Positions 47,640 through 51,473 of a stretch of 51,473 bases of DNA are shown piece after piece (positions within the stretch are counted from its first letter, which is position 1; every line of letters begins with the position of its first letter). The notes beneath the pieces are model-generated. The model was not told the DNA's origin and did no database searches. It was given only the letters and a program-made list of their open reading frames with translations. Origin of the DNA: Azospira sp. (GTDB lineage Bacteria > Pseudomonadota > Gammaproteobacteria > Burkholderiales > Rhodocyclaceae); the NCBI GenBank assembly GCA_035345235.1, contig DAORCC010000002.1, forward strand, positions 8,838 through 60,310. The letters run 5' to 3'. The position numbers and the translations under genes were made by a program.

Positions 47640-48050
47640 TCAGCGAGTATCCCGCGTGAAGTCAGCCCGTACGACGGTGCCCGCACTCGAAAAGCTGAGA
47701 GTGAGACTGCTGTGTTGCCAACCCCAACCCGAACATTGGCCGAGCTCATAGCGGTAGGTGGTGTCGTGTTGCGAATTCGGTTCCCCTAGCAGCTCAACCA
47801 CAGACCTCTTCGATAGGTTCTGAAGGGCGCCCCGATCAAGCAGATCGACGGCCATCCCGCCCCTTACGCAGCCGGGGTCGTTGGAAGCTGCCAGCGAAAG
47901 CGCGCTATTGAGCCAACGTCCCTGATCAAAGGGTTCCCGCGCACAAGATGGACTACTGTAAGTTACGGCCATCCAAACCAGAGCACCAATGCAGGCAGCG
48001 GCGGCAAGCAATAACAGGACAGAACCGATCCTTGGGCGCTGGGAAATCAT
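47640..48050 (-). CDS. Hypothetical membrane-anchored protein (BamE/SmpA-like pattern), lower GC
   Basis: N-terminal hydrophobic helix; FDQGRW..RGGMAVDLL..LSKRSVVELLGEP..YRYELG..LTLSF..GTV; fills the pgpA-cinA gap. Confidence 0.65.
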   Translation of the reverse strand: MISQRPRIGSVLLLLAAAACIGALVWMAVTYSSPSCAREPFDQGRWLNSALSLAASNDPGCVRGGMAVDLLDRGALQNLSKRSVVELLGEPNSQHDTTYRYELGQCSGWGWQHSSLTLSFSSAGTVVRADFTRDTR

Positions 48051-48055
48051 TAAGA

Positions 48056-48553
48056 CTACGCAAGAATGAACTTCAGCAACGCCAGACAAAGCACCGTGTA
48101 AGCCGCTGCAAAGACATCATCCGTCATCACCCCGAAGCCGTTCTTGATCCGGTCAAACAGGTTGGCCGGAAAAGGCTTGAAGATGTCGAAGAATCGGAAC
48201 AGGAAGAAGGCGACGATCCACCACAGCCAGCCTTCGGGCGAAAAGAAGAGCGCTGCCCAGAAGGGGACGATCTCGTCCCAGACGATGCTGCCGTGGTCCG
48301 GCTCACCGAGCGCCTGCCCGGTGCGGTGGCAGGCGAGCACGCCGCCGACGTAGCAGACGAGCAGGAAGAGGGCGAAGCCGAGGTCGTCGAACCAGGGACG
48401 GAGCAGCGGGTAGGAGAAGAGCGCGAAGAGCGTGCCAATGGTGCCGGGTGCCCACGGCGACAGCCCGCTGCCGAAGCCGCAGGCGATGAGGTGCGCGGGG
48501 TGGCGGAAGAGGAAGCCGGGCGGCGGCGGGGTCGATTTCTTGACCTTAACCAA
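48056..48553 (-). CDS. pgpA: Phosphatidylglycerophosphatase A
   Basis: GFGSGLSPWAPGTIGT, DHGSIVWDEIV, FRFFDIFKPFP, GFGVMTDD. Confidence 0.94.
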   Translation of the reverse strand: MVKVKKSTPPPPGFLFRHPAHLIACGFGSGLSPWAPGTIGTLFALFSYPLLRPWFDDLGFALFLLVCYVGGVLACHRTGQALGEPDHGSIVWDEIVPFWAALFFSPEGWLWWIVAFFLFRFFDIFKPFPANLFDRIKNGFGVMTDDVFAAAYTVLCLALLKFILA

Positions 48554-49511
48554 AATGATCGAAGCCTCTCAAGGGAAGGGGCAGCGGCTTGCCGTCGGCG
48601 TCGGTGAGCAGGATGTCGCCGGCCGGGCGCTCGTCGCGGGTGGCCACAGTGTAGCCGATGCGCCAGAGCGGCAGGTCCAGCTCGGCGGCGAGCATGACCA
48701 CCTGCTGGCGGGCGGCGATGGGGGTGGTGAAGCACAGTTCGTAGTCGTCGCCCCCGCCGAGCTGCGCTTCGCGGGCCAGTTTCGGCTCGCTGCCGGGCGG
48801 GATCAGCGGGAACTGGCCCTCGTTGAGCTGGGCGGCGAGGCCGGAGGCCTCGAGGATGTGGCCAAGGTCGGCGAGCAGGCCGTCGGAAACATCGATGGCC
48901 GCAGTAGCGAGGCCGCGTAGCCGGAGGCCCAGCTCGACGCGCGGCAGCGGGCGTTGCAGCGCCATGACGCAGCGCTTTGCCAGCGACTCGGGTAGCGTCG
49001 TGCGGCCCTGCAGGTGGGCGAGGCCGAGCGCGGCAAGGCCGGGTTGTCCGGAAATCCAGATGTCGTCGTCGGCGCGGGCGCCGTCGCGGCGCAGTGCCGT
49101 ACCCGACGGCAGTTCGCCGATGGCGGTGACGCACAGGTTGCGCGGGCCGCGCGTCGTATCGCCGCCGATCACGTCGGCGCCGTAGCGCTTCGCGCACTTG
49201 AAGAAGCCGTCGGCAAAGGCGGCGATCCACGCCTCGTCGCTGTTCGGCAGTGCGCCGGCGAGCAGCACCCATTTCGGGCGGGCACCCATCGCGGCGAGGT
49301 CGGAGAGATTGACGGCCAGCGTCTTCCAGCCAAGCTGGCCGGGGTCGGTGCGGGGCAGGAAGTGCGTGCCCTCGACCAGCATGTCGGTGGTGATCGCCAG
49401 CTCCATGCCGGGCGATGGCGCGACCAGTGCGCAATCGTCACCCGGGCCCAGAATGGCGGAGGGGGTGGCGCGGGCGAAATGCCGCGCGATCAGTTCAAAT
49501 TCGGAAGGCAC
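48546..49511 (-). CDS. thiL: Thiamine-monophosphate kinase
   Basis: EFELIARHF, GPGDDCA, DMLVEGTHF, AVNLSDLAAMGA, IGGDT, IDVSDGL, GGDDYEL. Confidence 0.96.
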   Translation of the reverse strand: MPSEFELIARHFARATPSAILGPGDDCALVAPSPGMELAITTDMLVEGTHFLPRTDPGQLGWKTLAVNLSDLAAMGARPKWVLLAGALPNSDEAWIAAFADGFFKCAKRYGADVIGGDTTRGPRNLCVTAIGELPSGTALRRDGARADDDIWISGQPGLAALGLAHLQGRTTLPESLAKRCVMALQRPLPRVELGLRLRGLATAAIDVSDGLLADLGHILEASGLAAQLNEGQFPLIPPGSEPKLAREAQLGGGDDYELCFTTPIAARQQVVMLAAELDLPLWRIGYTVATRDERPAGDILLTDADGKPLPLPLRGFDHFG

Positions 49512-49527
49512 GCCGTGATCGTGGCGA

Positions 49528-50034
49528 TCAGCGTCCGCGCTGGCGCGCTTCCACTTCGACCGGACGCAGCTTGGCGGCGAGCTTGTCGAGGACGCCGTTG
49601 ACGTATTTGTGGCCGTCGGTGCCGCCGTAGGACTTGGCCAGCTCGATGGCTTCGTTGATGACGACGCGGTACGGCGTTTCCGGGTGTGCCTGCAGCTCGT
49701 AGCCGCCGAGCAGCAGGATGCTGGCCTCGATCGGCGAGAGCTCGTCGAACTTGCGGTCGAGGTGCGGCTCGATGGCTTTGACCAGTTCGACGCGCTGCTT
49801 CAGGATGCCGCGCAGCAGGCTGAGGAAGAAGTTGCGGTCGGCCTTGTCGAAGCCGGCGATTTCATGGACGTGGGCCTCGATCGCGGCCTCGTCGGCACCG
49901 CCGATGCGCCACTGGTAGAGGCCCTGCAGCACGAACTCGCGGGCGCGGCGACGCGGCGACTTGCTGGCGCCGCCCTTTGCCGGCGCCTTGCCGGCGGGCT
50001 TCCTTGTGGCGGGTTTCTGGGTGGAGTCGGTCAT
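49528..50034 (-). CDS. nusB: Transcription antitermination factor NusB
   Basis: RRRAREFVLQGLYQW, PYRVVINEAIELAKSYGGTDGHKYVNGVLD. Confidence 0.96.
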   Translation of the reverse strand: MTDSTQKPATRKPAGKAPAKGGASKSPRRRAREFVLQGLYQWRIGGADEAAIEAHVHEIAGFDKADRNFFLSLLRGILKQRVELVKAIEPHLDRKFDELSPIEASILLLGGYELQAHPETPYRVVINEAIELAKSYGGTDGHKYVNGVLDKLAAKLRPVEVEARQRGR

Positions 50035-50096
50035 TTTCGTTCTTTCACAGATCCTTCGACGCGCCCCGCAGGCCATGCAGGACGAACGGCCGTCGG

Positions 50097-50570
50097 TTAT
50101 TCGGTCAGCGCACGCAGCAGGTTGGCCATCTCGACGGCGGCCTGGGCGCAGTCAGCACCCTTCACCTGCATGCGGGCCAGCGCCTGGTCGTCATCTTCGC
50201 AGGTCAGGATGCCGTTAGCGACGGGAATGCCGGTGTCGAGCTGGACTTCCATGACGGCACGGCAGGAATCGTTCGATACCACCTCGAAGTGGTAGGTCTC
50301 GCCGCGGATGACAGCACCGAGGGCAACCAGCGCATCGAAGCTGCCGGTCTGCGCCATGGTCTGCAGCACCAGCGGGATCTCCAGCGCGCCGGGCACGGTG
50401 GCAATGGTGATGTCGCCGGCGGCGACGCCCAGCTTCTTCAGTTCGGCGGTGCAGGCCGAGAGCAGGCCCTCGCAGACGTCGATGTTGAAGCGGGCCATGA
50501 CGACGCCGACCCTGAGGCCGGTGCCGTCAAGCTTGGGGTCGATTTCGCGGATGTCTTCGAAGCGGGCCAT
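50097..50570 (-). CDS. ribH: 6,7-dimethyl-8-ribityllumazine synthase
   Basis: [44 protein letters not shown]. Confidence 0.96.
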   Translation of the reverse strand: MARFEDIREIDPKLDGTGLRVGVVMARFNIDVCEGLLSACTAELKKLGVAAGDITIATVPGALEIPLVLQTMAQTGSFDALVALGAVIRGETYHFEVVSNDSCRAVMEVQLDTGIPVANGILTCEDDDQALARMQVKGADCAQAAVEMANLLRALTE

Positions 50571-50580
50571 GGCAGTCAAC

Positions 50581-51473
50581 TCAATTCAGTTCGGAGGGGG
50601 AGGTTGCGTAGCCGGTGACCTCGAGGCCGAAGCCGGTCATCGACGGGATCTTGCGCGGGCTGGCGAGCAGTTTCATGCGGCCGACGCCGAGATTCTTGAG
50701 GATCTGGGCACCGATGCCGAAGATGCGCGGATCCCATTTCACGGCAGGGCGGCCGGCATCCGGCTCGGCGGTAAGGCGCGACAGCAGGTCGCTGCCGTTC
50801 TCCGGGCGGTGCAGCAGGACGATGACGCCGTGGCCGTGCTTCGCCAAGGCTTCCTGCGCCTGATCGAGCGTGAAGGCGGCGCGGCGGCTGGCCGGGTCGA
50901 GGAAATCGAGCACCGAGAGCGGCTCGTGCACGCGCACCAGCGTCTCGACGTCGCCGCGAATCTCGCCCTTGACCAGCGCCAGGTGCGTGGTGCCACCGAC
51001 ACGGTCGGCGAAGGCGTGCAGCGTGAAGTCGCCATGGGCGGTCGAGACCGGCTTGGAAACGACGCGTTCGATCAGGGTTTCCGACTTGGCGCGGTAGTGG
51101 ATGAGGTCGGCGATGGTGCCGATCCTGAGCCCGTGCTGGCGACCGAAGGCGATCAGTTCCGGCAGGCGCGCCATCGTGCCGTCGTCGTTCATGATCTCGC
51201 AGATCACCGCCGCCGGTTCGTGCCCGGTCAGCGCGGCGAGGTCACAGCCCGCTTCGGTGTGGCCGGCGCGGACCAGCACGCCGCCGTTCTGCGCCATCAG
51301 CGGGAAGATGTGGCCGGGCTGGACGATGTCGTGCTGCGTCGCGTTCTTCGCCACGGCGGCCTGCACCGTGCGTGCGCGGTCGGCGGCCGAGATGCCGGTG
51401 GTGACGCCCTCGGCGGCCTCGATCGAGACGGTGAAGGCGGTGCCGTGCGGCGTCTTGTTGTCGCGCACCATCA
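50581..51473 (-). CDS. ribB: DHBP synthase fused to a degenerate GTP cyclohydrolase II domain (RibBX type), 5'-truncated by the window edge
   Basis: [41 protein letters not shown]. The C-terminal domain reads [11 protein letters not shown] and lacks the Zn-binding Cys residues of active RibA. Confidence 0.92.
   Translation of the reverse strand, partial: MVRDNKTPHGTAFTVSIEAAEGVTTGISAADRARTVQAAVAKNATQHDIVQPGHIFPLMAQNGGVLVRAGHTEAGCDLAALTGHEPAAVICEIMNDDGTMARLPELIAFGRQHGLRIGTIADLIHYRAKSETLIERVVSKPVSTAHGDFTLHAFADRVGGTTHLALVKGEIRGDVETLVRVHEPLSVLDFLDPASRRAAFTLDQAQEALAKHGHGVIVLLHRPENGSDLLSRLTAEPDAGRPAVKWDPRIFGIGAQILKNLGVGRMKLLASPRKIPSMTGFGLEVTGYATSPSELN

Noticed and set aside
50581-51060. GTP cyclohydrolase II domain lacking Zn-binding cysteines as a pseudogene or novelty
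   Set aside because: The frame is intact; RibBX-type fusions with an inactive RibA-like domain are already known in Proteobacteria.

Overview
GC-rich betaproteobacterial chromosome segment; gene content and order suggest Rhodocyclales (inference). It holds about 49 CDS. I found no rRNA, tRNA, CRISPR array or transposase. From left to right: (i) a Lap-type biofilm locus (3' part of a giant T1SS adhesin, LapD c-di-GMP receptor, LapG protease, TolC/LapE carrying an extra NTF2-like domain, orphan amino-acid binding protein); (ii) a housekeeping backbone (ilvA-cysK-patB, 5-FTHF cyclo-ligase, slt, NDUFA9-like, cca, GST, MidA-like methylase, folM, ttcA) interrupted by accessory sensory genes (HPP, tandem NarX/PilJ-like protein, FIST/NosP plus hybrid kinase); (iii) a candidate trans-envelope signalling module: two secreted CsgG/TolB-N-like proteins, a membrane Ser/Thr kinase whose periplasmic part carries a related domain, and a convergent adenylate cyclase-FHA protein; (iv) the minus-strand run ribBX-ribH-nusB-thiL-pgpA-orf-cinA-vapB-vapC-recA-recX-lptB-rpoN-hpf-ptsN-hprK-psiF. 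Two observations stand out. One is the kinase/CsgG-like/cyclase-FHA module. The other is a vapBC toxin-antitoxin pair sitting between a double-LexA-box promoter and recA, with a second, probably VapB-operated promoter in tandem. All product calls come from motif recognition by eye; no database search was run.
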